DNA of 28,269 bases from assembly GCA_964610875.1 (NCBI GenBank), contig CAZSWP010000028.1, positions 28,364-56,632 on the forward strand, given 5' to 3'. Below are positions 1-10,117 of the stretch, one piece after another; within the stretch, counting starts at the first letter, position 1; each line of letters opens with the position of its first letter. The notes under the pieces are model-generated. The model did no database searches, was not told where the DNA came from, and was given only the letters and a program-made list of their open reading frames with translations. This DNA is from an uncultured archaeon (GTDB lineage Archaea; Asgardarchaeota; Thorarchaeia; Thorarchaeales; Thorarchaeaceae). The position numbers and the translations under genes were made by a program.

Positions 1-2
1 TA

Positions 3-899
3 GCAAAGAAAATGGGAAAGACCCGAATTATCGCCGAAACCGGAGCTGGTCAGCACGGAGTTGCAACTGCAGCTGCCGCTGCAAAATTAGGTATCAAATG
101 TGTAGTATATATGGGAGCTAAAGACATTGCGAGACAGTCACTCAACGTATTTAGAATGAAGTTGTTTGGTACAGAAGTCATTCCCGTCACAACAGGTTCG
201 AATACTCTCAAGGATGCAATCAATGAAGCACTAAGAGACTATTCAGCCACTAGTGAGATAACACATTATGTGATAGGGTCCGTTGTCGGTCCACATCCTT
301 ACCCAACGATTGTACGAAATCTACAGTCAATAATAGGAAAAGAGGCGAGGGCCCAGATTTTGGAAAAGGAGAAAATGCTGCCAACACATGTCGTTGCCTG
401 TGTAGGGGGAGGTAGCAATGCTATAGGTATATTTAATGCATTCAGAGATGACCCCATCCAACTAATTGGAGTTGAAGCTGCAGGACATGGTATTAGAACT
501 GGAAAACATGGCGCTTCTATCTGCGGTGGAAGACCTGGTGTTCTTCATGGGAAGAAAAGCTATTTCCTCCAAGATAAGCATGGCCAGATTTGTGAAACAC
601 ATTCAATTTCAGCAGGTTTAGATTATCCTGGTGTTGGACCTGAACATGCATACCTACACTGTACAGGTAGAGCCAAGTATGTGTCAGTTACTGATGATGA
701 AGCTCTCAAAGCTTTCCATCAGCTTGCGGAACTCGAAGGGATAATTCCTGCATTAGAAAGTGCTCATGCAATTGCGTATCTTAACAATTTAGCACCAAAT
801 CTAGATAGAGATAGTATTGTCGTGGTTAATCTATCAGGCAGAGGCGATAAGGATGTCAATACTGTACATGATATGGAGAACTCATTCAGAGGAGAATAG
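3..899 (+). CDS. trpB: Tryptophan synthase beta chain (TrpB1 type), 5' part outside the window
   Basis: Motifs [63 protein letters not shown]. The frame is open to the window edge (GCA AAG AAA ATG), so the ATG at 12 is internal. Confidence 0.97.
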   Translation, partial: AKKMGKTRIIAETGAGQHGVATAAAAAKLGIKCVVYMGAKDIARQSLNVFRMKLFGTEVIPVTTGSNTLKDAINEALRDYSATSEITHYVIGSVVGPHPYPTIVRNLQSIIGKEARAQILEKEKMLPTHVVACVGGGSNAIGIFNAFRDDPIQLIGVEAAGHGIRTGKHGASICGGRPGVLHGKKSYFLQDKHGQICETHSISAGLDYPGVGPEHAYLHCTGRAKYVSVTDDEALKAFHQLAELEGIIPALESAHAIAYLNNLAPNLDRDSIVVVNLSGRGDKDVNTVHDMENSFRGE

Positions 900-904
900 G
901 TGGA

Positions 905-1738
905 ATGCTACTAACAGAAACTAACAGGCTTGATGACATTTTGTCTACGAAGAAACCACTCTATATGGCACATGTATACTATGGAGACCCTAATGAAGAA
1001 TTCTCAATCAAGCTAATCGAAACTCTCTGCAAGAATGATATTGATATTATTGAATTTGGAATTCCATTCTCAGACCCAACTTCTGATGGACCAGTATTTC
1101 AGAGATCTTGTTTTCGAGCACTTAACAACGGAATGACGCCATTGAAAGCTATAGATGGCATATCAAGACTTAGAAAGATTGGATTGAATCAACCCATTGT
1201 AGTCACCTGTTATTACAACACTATCTTCAATATGGGCTTGGAGGAGTTTGTCAGCCAAATTCATGCCGCAGGTGCAGATGCTGTACTTGTACCTAATTTA
1301 CCAATTGAAGAAAATAATCTTTTGGAAACTATGTGTGAACAATATAATCTACGAAATCTACTAATGATTAGTCTTAGAACACCAGTTGACAGAATCAGAA
1401 GAATTGTTTCTAAAGCAAACGGGTTTGTGTATGTTACAGCGGTGCAGGGAGTCACTGGAGTTCGTAATGAGATTGAAAATCAGACACTGAAACTGATTAG
1501 GTATATGAAACAGGAGTACGATATTCCCATTCTAGTAGGTTTTGGGATTTCGAGAGGTTCGCATGCATTCCGAATTGTAGAGGCAGGGTCAGATGGCGTG
1601 ATAACTGGTAGTGCAATAAGCACTCTTTACGAAAACGAATTGGAAAATCCTCAAAATGCGCTTTATAAAATAGCTGCATTTGCTAAGGAGATTAAGAGTG
1701 GTTGCGACGGGGGATATGAGAGGAGGAAATCAAAGTGA
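905..1738 (+). CDS. trpA: Tryptophan synthase alpha chain
   Basis: Motifs GDP, IIEFGIPFSDPTSDGPVFQ, YYN, GVTG, VGFGIS, DGVITGSA; directly follows trpB. Confidence 0.96.
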   Translation: MLLTETNRLDDILSTKKPLYMAHVYYGDPNEEFSIKLIETLCKNDIDIIEFGIPFSDPTSDGPVFQRSCFRALNNGMTPLKAIDGISRLRKIGLNQPIVVTCYYNTIFNMGLEEFVSQIHAAGADAVLVPNLPIEENNLLETMCEQYNLRNLLMISLRTPVDRIRRIVSKANGFVYVTAVQGVTGVRNEIENQTLKLIRYMKQEYDIPILVGFGISRGSHAFRIVEAGSDGVITGSAISTLYENELENPQNALYKIAAFAKEIKSGCDGGYERRKSK

Positions 1739-2406
1739 AATTGTGTGTATCATTGACAGAGAAATCAGTGGATAAATGCATAGAATACATAGCAGAAACA
1801 AAGGCAGATATGATTGAAATTAGAATGGATTATCTAGAGGATGGAGAAAGAATAGCAGATATTATTCATTTCTCCCCAATTCCAGTTATTGTTACAAATC
1901 GTTCAGAACTGATGGGGGGTAGATTTCGTGGTTCCGAAAAGGAGAGAATAGAATTACTATCTGAAGCAATCTCATCAAATGCAGACTACGTAGATATAGA
2001 ACTCGATTCTCGAGAGGAATCATTGAACCGTATTATTGAGGAAGCTTTTGGACAACAATGTGAGATAATAATTTCAAAACATTATTTTGATTCTAGTCCA
2101 AACATTGTTGCCCTAATGAATGATGTAACAGAAATGGAATTTCTGAGGGCAAACTTTCTCAAAGTTGTTACAACCCCTGCATCAATTACGGAGTGTTGCA
2201 GAATCCTGAATCTGTATTCTATGCCACTTGAGGTTCATAACCGTTTGATAGCATTTGCAATGGGAGAAATAGGGAAATTCACTAGACTTGCATCTCTCTG
2301 TCTTGGTGCGCCTTTCATGTATGTATCTGCATCAGATGCATCAAAAGCTGCAGCAGGTCAAATTGACCTCAATAGAATGAGAGAGCTCATTGAGGTCTTC
2401 ATATGA
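1735..2406 (+). CDS. aroD: Type I 3-dehydroquinate dehydratase
   Basis: Motifs DMIEIRMDY, VIVTNR...GG, DYVDIEL, ISKHYF, LKVV, AFAMGEIGKFTR, AAGQ; GTG start overlaps the trpA stop (GTGA). Confidence 0.92.
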   Translation: MKLCVSLTEKSVDKCIEYIAETKADMIEIRMDYLEDGERIADIIHFSPIPVIVTNRSELMGGRFRGSEKERIELLSEAISSNADYVDIELDSREESLNRIIEEAFGQQCEIIISKHYFDSSPNIVALMNDVTEMEFLRANFLKVVTTPASITECCRILNLYSMPLEVHNRLIAFAMGEIGKFTRLASLCLGAPFMYVSASDASKAAAGQIDLNRMRELIEVFI

Positions 2407-3251
2407 ATAAGAAGATTGTTTTAGTAGGATCTCAGCTTGATCATTCAATGAGTCCTATAATGCAGAATACAGCATTTGAAGCGATTGGACTGGATGATAT
2501 CTTTCGATATGAATTAATGCCATTGCATCAAGATGAGTTGCATTCTTTCATAGGAAAAATCTCAAAACAGGAGATTTGGGGAGCAAACATCACAATCCCT
2601 TTCAAAGAAAGAATTGTTGAATCACTTTCTAATATTTCTGGAGATAGTAGGTATTCGGGCTCAGTAAACACAATACACCAGAATAATGGAGAGATTGTTG
2701 GGTGCTCCACTGACGGAATAGGTTTCCTTAGAGCAATGGCAGATGCGGATGTGACTGTCGACCATTCTGAGTGTGTTCTTCTTGGCGCAGGAGGTGCTGC
2801 AAAAGCAGTAGCGTTTGCTCTTGCAGGTGAGGGGGCAGATAAAATATCAATCTTCAATAGAACAAAAAAACGTGCCACAAATCTAGCTGATATTCTTAGC
2901 CAGCATTTTTCATTAGACATTGAACTCACATCTGAAACCAATCTCGAAGCTGTGATAGAAAACTCTTCAATTCTTGTCAACTGTACTCCTATTGGCATGT
3001 ATGAATTTGCAGTGGACCAAACACCAGTGAATCTAGATACTAGACATAAAGGAGTAGTTATTGTTGATTTGGTATATAATCCAATCAAAACACTGTTGCT
3101 TCAACGAGCTGAGAAAATTGGCTGTAAGATTATCAATGGAGTATCAATTCTAATCTATCAGGGAGCTGAATCATTCAAGCTTTGGACAGGAAAGGAACCG
3201 CCGATAGACGTAATGAAAAATGCCGTAATTTCCGCATTGGACGGCTATTAG
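2403..3251 (+). CDS. aroE: Shikimate dehydrogenase
   Basis: Motifs HSMSP, GANITIPFKE, SVNT, TDGIGF, LGAGGAAKA, NRT, NCTPIGM, DLVYNP; ATGA overlap with aroD. Confidence 0.95.
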   Translation: MNKKIVLVGSQLDHSMSPIMQNTAFEAIGLDDIFRYELMPLHQDELHSFIGKISKQEIWGANITIPFKERIVESLSNISGDSRYSGSVNTIHQNNGEIVGCSTDGIGFLRAMADADVTVDHSECVLLGAGGAAKAVAFALAGEGADKISIFNRTKKRATNLADILSQHFSLDIELTSETNLEAVIENSSILVNCTPIGMYEFAVDQTPVNLDTRHKGVVIVDLVYNPIKTLLLQRAEKIGCKIINGVSILIYQGAESFKLWTGKEPPIDVMKNAVISALDGY

Positions 3252-3264
3252 GAGATAAGTCGTA

Positions 3265-3786
3265 ATGAAGAATATTGCGCTAATAGGATTCATGGGCTCA
3301 GGTAAAACAACTGTTGGAAAACTGGTTGCAGATATAATGAAAATCAATTTTGTGGATACAGATCAAAGAATTGAGGATAGTAGTGGATTAACAGTATCAG
3401 AGATATTCGAGTCCCAAGGAGAACAAGCATTTCGGGATTTAGAAACTCAAGTAGTATTGACACTTAGTAACAGGAACAATTTGGTGATAAGTTATGGAGG
3501 AGGTGCAGTAATTAGAGAAGAAAATAGACTAGCTATTAAGAAATCCTCCAAAGTATTCCTCCTTATAGCGAATCCCGACACCATTCTTTCACGAATCAAT
3601 GGAACACATTCGCGACCACTAATTACCTCCAATAAGCAATTTAGAGATCAAATCATCGAATTGCTGGATAAGAGAAAGGAATTCTACAAAGCAACAATGG
3701 ATTATGGAATACAGACCGATGAAAGAACACCAGAGGATATTGCTAGTGATATAGTAAGGGTGATGAAAGATGGAAGCCATAGTTAG
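3265..3786 (+). CDS. aroK: Shikimate kinase, bacterial P-loop (NMP-kinase fold) type
   Basis: Motifs LIGFMGSGKTTVG, DTD, GEQAFRDLE, GGGAV, RPL, R...Y. Confidence 0.94.
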   Translation: MKNIALIGFMGSGKTTVGKLVADIMKINFVDTDQRIEDSSGLTVSEIFESQGEQAFRDLETQVVLTLSNRNNLVISYGGGAVIREENRLAIKKSSKVFLLIANPDTILSRINGTHSRPLITSNKQFRDQIIELLDKRKEFYKATMDYGIQTDERTPEDIASDIVRVMKDGSHS

Positions 3787-5062
3787 AAGATCAGAGGTCT
3801 ACGGAACAGTTAGAGCTCCTTCTTCCAAAAGCTATACACACAGATCAATCGTCTGTGGACTTTTGGCAAATGGAACAACCCGAATCCATGATGCACTACT
3901 ATGTGACGATACATTAGCAAGTATCGGAGCCTCCCAAATGCTTGGAGCTGAGATTAGAAATAACGGTTATCTCGAGATTGTAAGCGATGGAGAAGTCCAC
4001 GCACCCATAGAACCTATTGATTGCGGGGGTTCTGGAACTACTATAAGACTATTTACAGCAATATCTGCTTTATCACCAGACAAAATAACTCTTACAGGAG
4101 ATAGGTCCCTCTGTCAGAGACCTATGAGTGAACTTGTAATCTCTTTGAGAAGATTAGGTGCAGAAGTATTTTCAAGTAACATCAATGGAAACCCACCTGT
4201 TGTAGTTAGGGGAGGAAGAATGAATGGAACGGATATTTCTCTTAGAGGTGATATTAGTTCACAGTATTTTTCTGCGCTTCTCTTTGTAACCCCGAGAGCT
4301 GCTTCTTCATCCCGGATCATTTCCACAACGAGGATTGAGTCCAAGCCATACTTAGAACTCACGGTTGATTTCTTAGAACACTGTGGCATTTCAATAGATT
4401 GGAATAGGGATTCAAATAGAATAGTGATAGAAGGCAACCAACAATACTACCCTTCTACATTTGTTATACCAGGAGACTATTCATCTGCAGCATTCCTTAT
4501 CGCCGCTGGAATACTGACGGGAGAATTGAGAATTTCTAATCTAAAGAAAGAATCAGTACAAGGAGATTCGAAATTTCTTCAAATACTTGCATCTATGGGG
4601 TATTGTATTCAACAGACTTCAAAAGACGTAACAGTAGAATCTACCAAGGGAAGCGGACTTGAAGTAAATGTTTGTGATACTCCAGACATTACGCCAATTC
4701 TTGCTGTGGTGGCATCTCAAGCAAAGGGAAGAACTATAATCAGAGGTATAGAACGATTGAGGTACAAGGAAAGCAATCGTATAGAAACAACTGTTAAAGA
4801 ACTTTCAAAGATGAATGTGGATATCACAATAGATGATGATTGTATTATTGTCAATGGACCCACTAATCTGACCGGTGCAATTATTGATCCTCATGATGAT
4901 CATAGGATAGCAATGGCCTGTGCAATAGCTGGACTTGTTGCTAGTGGTCCAACATTGATAAAGAACATTGACTGCATCAGTAAAAGCTACCCGAATTATG
5001 TTCAAGATTTGAAATCTGTAGGGGCTGAAATTAAATTGAATAAGACTAGGAGGAAGGATTGA
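3770..5062 (+). CDS. aroA: 3-phosphoshikimate 1-carboxyvinyltransferase (EPSP synthase)
   Basis: Motifs PSSKSYTHR, SGTTIR, RPM, SSQY, PGDYSSAAF, RYKESNR, DHRIAMA, SKSYP. Confidence 0.96.
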   Translation: MEAIVRRSEVYGTVRAPSSKSYTHRSIVCGLLANGTTRIHDALLCDDTLASIGASQMLGAEIRNNGYLEIVSDGEVHAPIEPIDCGGSGTTIRLFTAISALSPDKITLTGDRSLCQRPMSELVISLRRLGAEVFSSNINGNPPVVVRGGRMNGTDISLRGDISSQYFSALLFVTPRAASSSRIISTTRIESKPYLELTVDFLEHCGISIDWNRDSNRIVIEGNQQYYPSTFVIPGDYSSAAFLIAAGILTGELRISNLKKESVQGDSKFLQILASMGYCIQQTSKDVTVESTKGSGLEVNVCDTPDITPILAVVASQAKGRTIIRGIERLRYKESNRIETTVKELSKMNVDITIDDDCIIVNGPTNLTGAIIDPHDDHRIAMACAIAGLVASGPTLIKNIDCISKSYPNYVQDLKSVGAEIKLNKTRRKD

Positions 5063-5063
5063 C

Positions 5064-6149
5064 ATGACATTTACTTTCGGAAAGTCATTTCAAATTCATG
5101 TCTTTGGTGCAAGTCATTCCAACATTCTAGGTGTGAGTATTGAAGGGTGTCCCCCAGGAATAAATATTGACATTGACTATATTCAACATGAAATGGATAG
5201 AAGAAGTCCTGGAAAAGGAAAACTTTCCTCTGGACGGAGAGAACCAGATAAGGTTGAGATACAAAGTGGGATTTTTCAACATGTTACAACAGGTGCACCT
5301 ATACATCTAGTCATTGAAAATAAGGATATAGATTCAAACCCGTATGAGAAAGTAAAGGATACTCCAAGACCTGGCCATGCTGATTATACAGCTCGAATCA
5401 AATACCTAGGACATAATGATTACAGAGGAGGAGGCATATTTTCAGGAAGGATGACAGCAGCTTTTGTGATGGCAGGTGCAGTGGCAAAAATTATTCTTCG
5501 AAAGTACGGAATAAAAGTCATTGCACACACAATTCAGATTGGAAAAATCTCGCTTCAGAAGAAAGTCACTTCAGAAGAGATTGAGAAGGATGCCAGGAGT
5601 AATCCTCTATCTTGTGTGGATTTGCAAATAGCAAAACAAATGGAATATGAAATAAAATCTGCAAAGGAACTACATGATTCAATTGGAGGTGTCATTGAAT
5701 GTAGAGTCTTAAATATGCCACCAGGTGTTGGCGAGCCAATCTTTGATTCAGTTGAAAGCTGCATTAGCCATGCTATGTTTAGCATTCCTGCTGTGAAAGG
5801 AATTGAATTCGGTGTAGGATTTGAAGCCACAAGAATGATGGGTTCTGAACATAACGATGAACTAGCTGTAGAGAATAAAGAGATATTTTGGAAGACAAAC
5901 AATGCGGGAGGTGTTTTGGGAGGATTGACAAATGGAGCTGAAATCCAATTTCGTGTAGCTGTCAAGCCAACTCCAAGCATTTCTAAGACTCAAAAAACAG
6001 TTAATCTGGTTAGTATGAATGAAGAGGAAATAGAAGTTTATGGAAGACATGACCCTTGTATTGTACCTAGAGCTATTCCTGTTGTCGAATCTTTAACTGC
6101 TATCATTATGCTAGATCTACTGAAGAGGAATGCAAACATCACTTTATGA
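5064..6149 (+). CDS. aroC: Chorismate synthase
   Basis: Motifs TTGAPI, PRPGHAD, RGGGIFSGRMTA, SIPAVKGIEFG, NNAGGVLGGLTNG, KPTPSI, GRHDPC. Confidence 0.96.
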   Translation: MTFTFGKSFQIHVFGASHSNILGVSIEGCPPGINIDIDYIQHEMDRRSPGKGKLSSGRREPDKVEIQSGIFQHVTTGAPIHLVIENKDIDSNPYEKVKDTPRPGHADYTARIKYLGHNDYRGGGIFSGRMTAAFVMAGAVAKIILRKYGIKVIAHTIQIGKISLQKKVTSEEIEKDARSNPLSCVDLQIAKQMEYEIKSAKELHDSIGGVIECRVLNMPPGVGEPIFDSVESCISHAMFSIPAVKGIEFGVGFEATRMMGSEHNDELAVENKEIFWKTNNAGGVLGGLTNGAEIQFRVAVKPTPSISKTQKTVNLVSMNEEEIEVYGRHDPCIVPRAIPVVESLTAIIMLDLLKRNANITL

Positions 6150-6384
6150 AATTGAATACTCAAGAAGTGAATTTTTTGTTCATTTATACAGATAGTAAAT
6201 ACTCCGCCACCAATTCCAAAAAGAGGTGTACACCCCAATACTCTTCGTTTTAGGAAGCCCTATTTCCAAATTATCCACCAGATTACCAATAGTCATGAGT
6301 AGTAATGGATTTACTTTCTTTCAAGAATATTTACCATATTGAGAGGTGTTTTGTTAGTTGAACGCACAAAACACCGCTCTAGAA

Positions 6385-8361
6385 TTACTTTCCAATTCCA
6401 AGAGATCTAAGAAAAGCTCGACTATTCGCTTTACGCCCAAGGAAGTCTTCCACAAGAACATTGGCATCTATACTTCCTCCTGGTGCGAGAATCTTCTCTC
6501 TATACTCCAATCCAGTCTTTTCATCCATGAAACCGTTCTCTTCAAACTTTGTAAAGAGATCTTGAGCATATACGCGAGACCAGAGATAGCTATAGTATCC
6601 TGCTGCATAATAGCTGCTCATCAAGTGTCCAAATCCAGCATCAGGACGCGTATCATCAGGGAAATCAAAACCTGTTATTTCTTTGAATATCTTAACGAAA
6701 TCCTCTGTTGTATTCTTCGCACCTCTTGTATGATAGAACATGTCAATAAGAGAGTAGAAGACTTGGCGAAGTTGTAGGATTCCGACATCAAGCAACTTCG
6801 CATCAATCATGCCTTTAACTAAATTGTCAGGCAATTTCTCTTCAGGATTCTCATAGTGTCCGGATAGATTTGACAGTACCTCTTTCTGCCAAGCCCAGTT
6901 TTCTAACATAATAGATGGAACTTCTATGAAATCGGGTAGTACACCATCCAGACTAAAACGTGCATACTTGGTTCTATTCGTTACAACATGCATCAGATGA
7001 CCAAACTCATGGAAAAAAGTCACTACTTCGTTATGTGTCAACAAAGATGGTTGTTTCTTACTTGGTATTTGAAAGTTTGCTACCATAGATGTAATAGGAA
7101 GTAGTATTTTACCATCCTTCTCACGTCTACTTAGAAAATCAAAGACAGCGTAGTGTTTGTATTTACCTTCTCGTGGAAAGAGGTCCAAATAGAATGTACC
7201 CATTAAATTTCCAGTTATCTTATCAAATACGCGAAATTCTCTAACGTCAGTGTGCCAGACATTCTTGTCTTCAATCTCTTGGAAATCTAGATTCAATATT
7301 TTCTGATAGACATCCAAGACACCTTCAACTATTCTCTCCATAGGGAAGTATTCCTTGATCTTATTCTGATCAACTGCATACTTCTCACGCATCATCATCT
7401 CATGATAGTAGAACAAATCGTGTAAAGGTAATGGATCATCAGAATCTGCACCCTCATCTCTTGTTCTTAATTCTTTCAAAGCTGCCAATTCATCCTTACT
7501 CAGAGGTGTGAGCTTTTCCTTTAGGTCCTCCATGAATTCAATTACTCGTTCAGGTTTCTTTGCCATTTTTCGACTAATCATATATTCTGCAAAATTACTA
7601 TGACCGAGTAGTTTTGCCTGCCTTTCACGAAGTGCTATCGCATCCTCTAAACGCTCGCTGTTTTTCGTCCCTCCACGTTGATAATATGCAATTGTCATTC
7701 GTTTTCTTGTTTCCGGATTTTTTGCATATTGAACGACAGGATTGTAGACAGGATAATCAAGTGTAATGAGGTATTTGTCATCATCTTTCTCCAAGTCCTC
7801 ATATACTTGTGGTGGAACTCCCTCCAAATCCTCCACTGTACAAGGAACAGTGGTTGTGATTTCGTTCAAGGTTCTGCCAAACTCAGATTCAAGTACTGTG
7901 ATATTATTGGCAATCTCCAAAAACTCCATTCTTTCATCTTTTGCAAGTGCTGCCCCGCGATGTCTAAACTCATCTAGAGTCTTTTTGAGCAGAGTTTTTT
8001 CTTGGGGGTCAAGTGAATTCATATGCGGCTCTAATCTGACCAGGACATTGAAGATGTCATTTCTACTCCATATTTCATTCTCGAACTTTTCTCCTTCTTT
8101 CTCAACCTCATCTGCAGCGTCTCGTTGTGTTTTGTCAGTCGATACATACTTCAAGAATGTAAGAGGACCAATGACCTCACTACAGGAAGCAAGAGCTTCT
8201 TCAAATATTAATAGAGTAGCCAGGCTCTCTTCTCCTTCAGGAGTCTTGGCAATTTCATCCAGAGTAACCTTAGTAGTTTCAATAATCTTTTCTGCTTTGG
8301 ATTGGATTTTTTCAGGAGATATACTCCAATCCATTTCTCGCAGTAAACCATTGTCTGTCAT
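6385..8361 (-). CDS. M3 family zinc metallopeptidase (thimet oligopeptidase/oligopeptidase A-like)
   Basis: Motifs YLDLFPREGKYKH, FHEFGHLMH (HExxH), DFIEVPS, FGHL..YAAGYYSYLW, FLGR; 658 aa. Confidence 0.94.
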   Translation of the reverse strand: MTDNGLLREMDWSISPEKIQSKAEKIIETTKVTLDEIAKTPEGEESLATLLIFEEALASCSEVIGPLTFLKYVSTDKTQRDAADEVEKEGEKFENEIWSRNDIFNVLVRLEPHMNSLDPQEKTLLKKTLDEFRHRGAALAKDERMEFLEIANNITVLESEFGRTLNEITTTVPCTVEDLEGVPPQVYEDLEKDDDKYLITLDYPVYNPVVQYAKNPETRKRMTIAYYQRGGTKNSERLEDAIALRERQAKLLGHSNFAEYMISRKMAKKPERVIEFMEDLKEKLTPLSKDELAALKELRTRDEGADSDDPLPLHDLFYYHEMMMREKYAVDQNKIKEYFPMERIVEGVLDVYQKILNLDFQEIEDKNVWHTDVREFRVFDKITGNLMGTFYLDLFPREGKYKHYAVFDFLSRREKDGKILLPITSMVANFQIPSKKQPSLLTHNEVVTFFHEFGHLMHVVTNRTKYARFSLDGVLPDFIEVPSIMLENWAWQKEVLSNLSGHYENPEEKLPDNLVKGMIDAKLLDVGILQLRQVFYSLIDMFYHTRGAKNTTEDFVKIFKEITGFDFPDDTRPDAGFGHLMSSYYAAGYYSYLWSRVYAQDLFTKFEENGFMDEKTGLEYREKILAPGGSIDANVLVEDFLGRKANSRAFLRSLGIGK

Positions 8362-8448
8362 GAGTATTCAAGGATTAGTTTCATGTATAAAAAATGCACC
8401 AGTCACGCATTTTGATAAAATTGACTTGAAGGATAATAGGAGTGCATT

Positions 8449-8898
8449 TCATAAAAGCTGTAATTCAAATTTACTAAGACGCATCTCCAATGTTTTCGAA
8501 TGCTTTATGAGATCATTAGCAGACTTTTCAACCACCAATTTTGGCCTTTGAGATAGCACTTGTTTTCTTTCTTCAATAATGCGTTCTGATAATTTTGGAG
8601 CTAGAGGACAGCGGACAAGATAGATACCTCTCTCATACATCTGAAGTACTGGAAAGGATCTACAGCCAAAAGGTCTGACTTCGTAAACACTACACTTGTT
8701 TCCAATAAGGTAAGGACAAATTCCATCATTCTTCCAGATAGTATGGAATACACCTTTTCCAACCTTCTTGAAGTAATCAGGATAACCAGCTTCTATGATT
8801 GCTTTGTACTCCAATTCTGATGCGACCGCACCACCTAGTTTGCAGCAAGATGCTCCGCATTTGTCACATATTTCAACAATAGATTCGTTTTCTTTCAT
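8449..8898 (-). CDS. YkgJ-family Cys-cluster (putative Zn/Fe-S) protein
   Basis: CDKCGASCC ... CPYL...CSVYEVRPFGCRSFP ... CP signature. Confidence 0.85.
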   Translation of the reverse strand: MKENESIVEICDKCGASCCKLGGAVASELEYKAIIEAGYPDYFKKVGKGVFHTIWKNDGICPYLIGNKCSVYEVRPFGCRSFPVLQMYERGIYLVRCPLAPKLSERIIEERKQVLSQRPKLVVEKSANDLIKHSKTLEMRLSKFELQLL

Positions 8899-9003
8899 CT
8901 AATAACCTGCATTAGTCACTCAATCGAAATTATGATTCATTTTAACCTATACTTCTCTTGAGTTTTGGGATGTGTACAGCGTAGATTGGTTTCCCATTAT
9001 GGT

Positions 9004-9258
9004 TCATGTTTCTAAGAAACCTACTAAGTAGCTAATCATGATATTTGCGACCATAATTACTCCTACCAACAAATTCGTGATTGCAAATAGCTGCTTGAGA
9101 TATTTTGGTTTGGTCTCAAGAGCATATTTACCTCCAATAATACTGCCAATCATTGGTATGGTACTCGAATTGAAGATTCGGAAATAGATGTGATTGGCAA
9201 TCAGTTCTAAACCATACCTCCAGCCCAAATTAGGAATTTCTTGGAAATGGAGAGACAC
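9004..9258 (-). pseudogene. Probable C-terminal remnant of a TauE/SafE-type membrane protein
   Basis: IGSIIGGKYALETKPKYLKQLFAITNLLVGVIM resembles the last two helices of TauE/SafE proteins. No continuous upstream frame. Confidence 0.4.
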
Positions 9259-9586
9259 ATCATCTTGGTATTGAGGGATGATAATAAGAATCCCGTTGGA
9301 ATCTGCAGATTTACACCATAGTTTCCTGAATGCTTCCCTTTTACAATTGAATCAATTGATTGCTTTGATGATTTTGTTAAAGGTATCAGTAATTATGGTG
9401 AAGCAGATTATGATTATGTAGGCTCACATTCGCCGACTTGCCATAACTAGCGGATTTAGTGATAAGAGAGGGCATAAGCTTCATCATCGACTGTTTCGGA
9501 TGACACGAGAGTTATAATAATTCTTGAATGCATCATATGTAATTTCTCAAAACGAATAAGTGTAAAAGAATGAAATCAACTGAAAC

Positions 9587-10117
9587 TTATTCTTTGGTGA
9601 CATGTTTCTCCAGAAGATTTTGCGTGATGAGTTCAAACATCTCATTTACCCCTTCACCGGTCTTTGCTGAAACTTCTACACAAGGTGCATTATATTTTGA
9701 AGCAAATGCTCGTGCATCTGCAAGAGATACTCCGGTTCCCTCCTCACGCAGGTCGATTTTGTTTCCAGCAAAGATCAAGTCACAATCAGGAGCATTTGAC
9801 TTCACACGATCAATCCAATCAGTGAGTCGTTCCAGTGTGATGTAACGACTAGCATCATAGACTGCAATGGCAATTTTAGAACCCTTGAAGTAATCAGACA
9901 CAACTTCTCTGAATCTCGGTTGACCTCCTAGGTCCCAGATCATCAAAGTTGCATCAACACCCTTCACAGTTACTTTCTTGGTTGCTAGATTTACTCCAAT
10001 TGTGATTTTCATATCGTCATCGAAGGAGTCTTCTGTATATCGTAGAGTGATTGAAGTCTTACCAACTCCACCTTCTCCAATGAGGACTGTTTTAAAGACG
10101 GGGGCTCTTGATGCCAA
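9587..10117 (-). CDS. Rab/Ras-like small GTPase (Asgard eukaryotic signature protein)
   Basis: G1 GEGGVGKTS, G2 TIGVN, G3 WDLGGQ, G4 NKID, G5 SAK. TTG start preceded by AGGAGGT. No C-terminal Cys prenylation motif. Confidence 0.93.
   Translation of the reverse strand: MASRAPVFKTVLIGEGGVGKTSITLRYTEDSFDDDMKITIGVNLATKKVTVKGVDATLMIWDLGGQPRFREVVSDYFKGSKIAIAVYDASRYITLERLTDWIDRVKSNAPDCDLIFAGNKIDLREEGTGVSLADARAFASKYNAPCVEVSAKTGEGVNEMFELITQNLLEKHVTKE

Noticed and set aside
7766-8551. 261-aa plus-strand ORF and other long antisense ORFs (e.g. 2528-3088, 5555-5980, 6358-6777)
   Set aside because: Shadow frames opposite well-supported genes, with no recognisable motifs.
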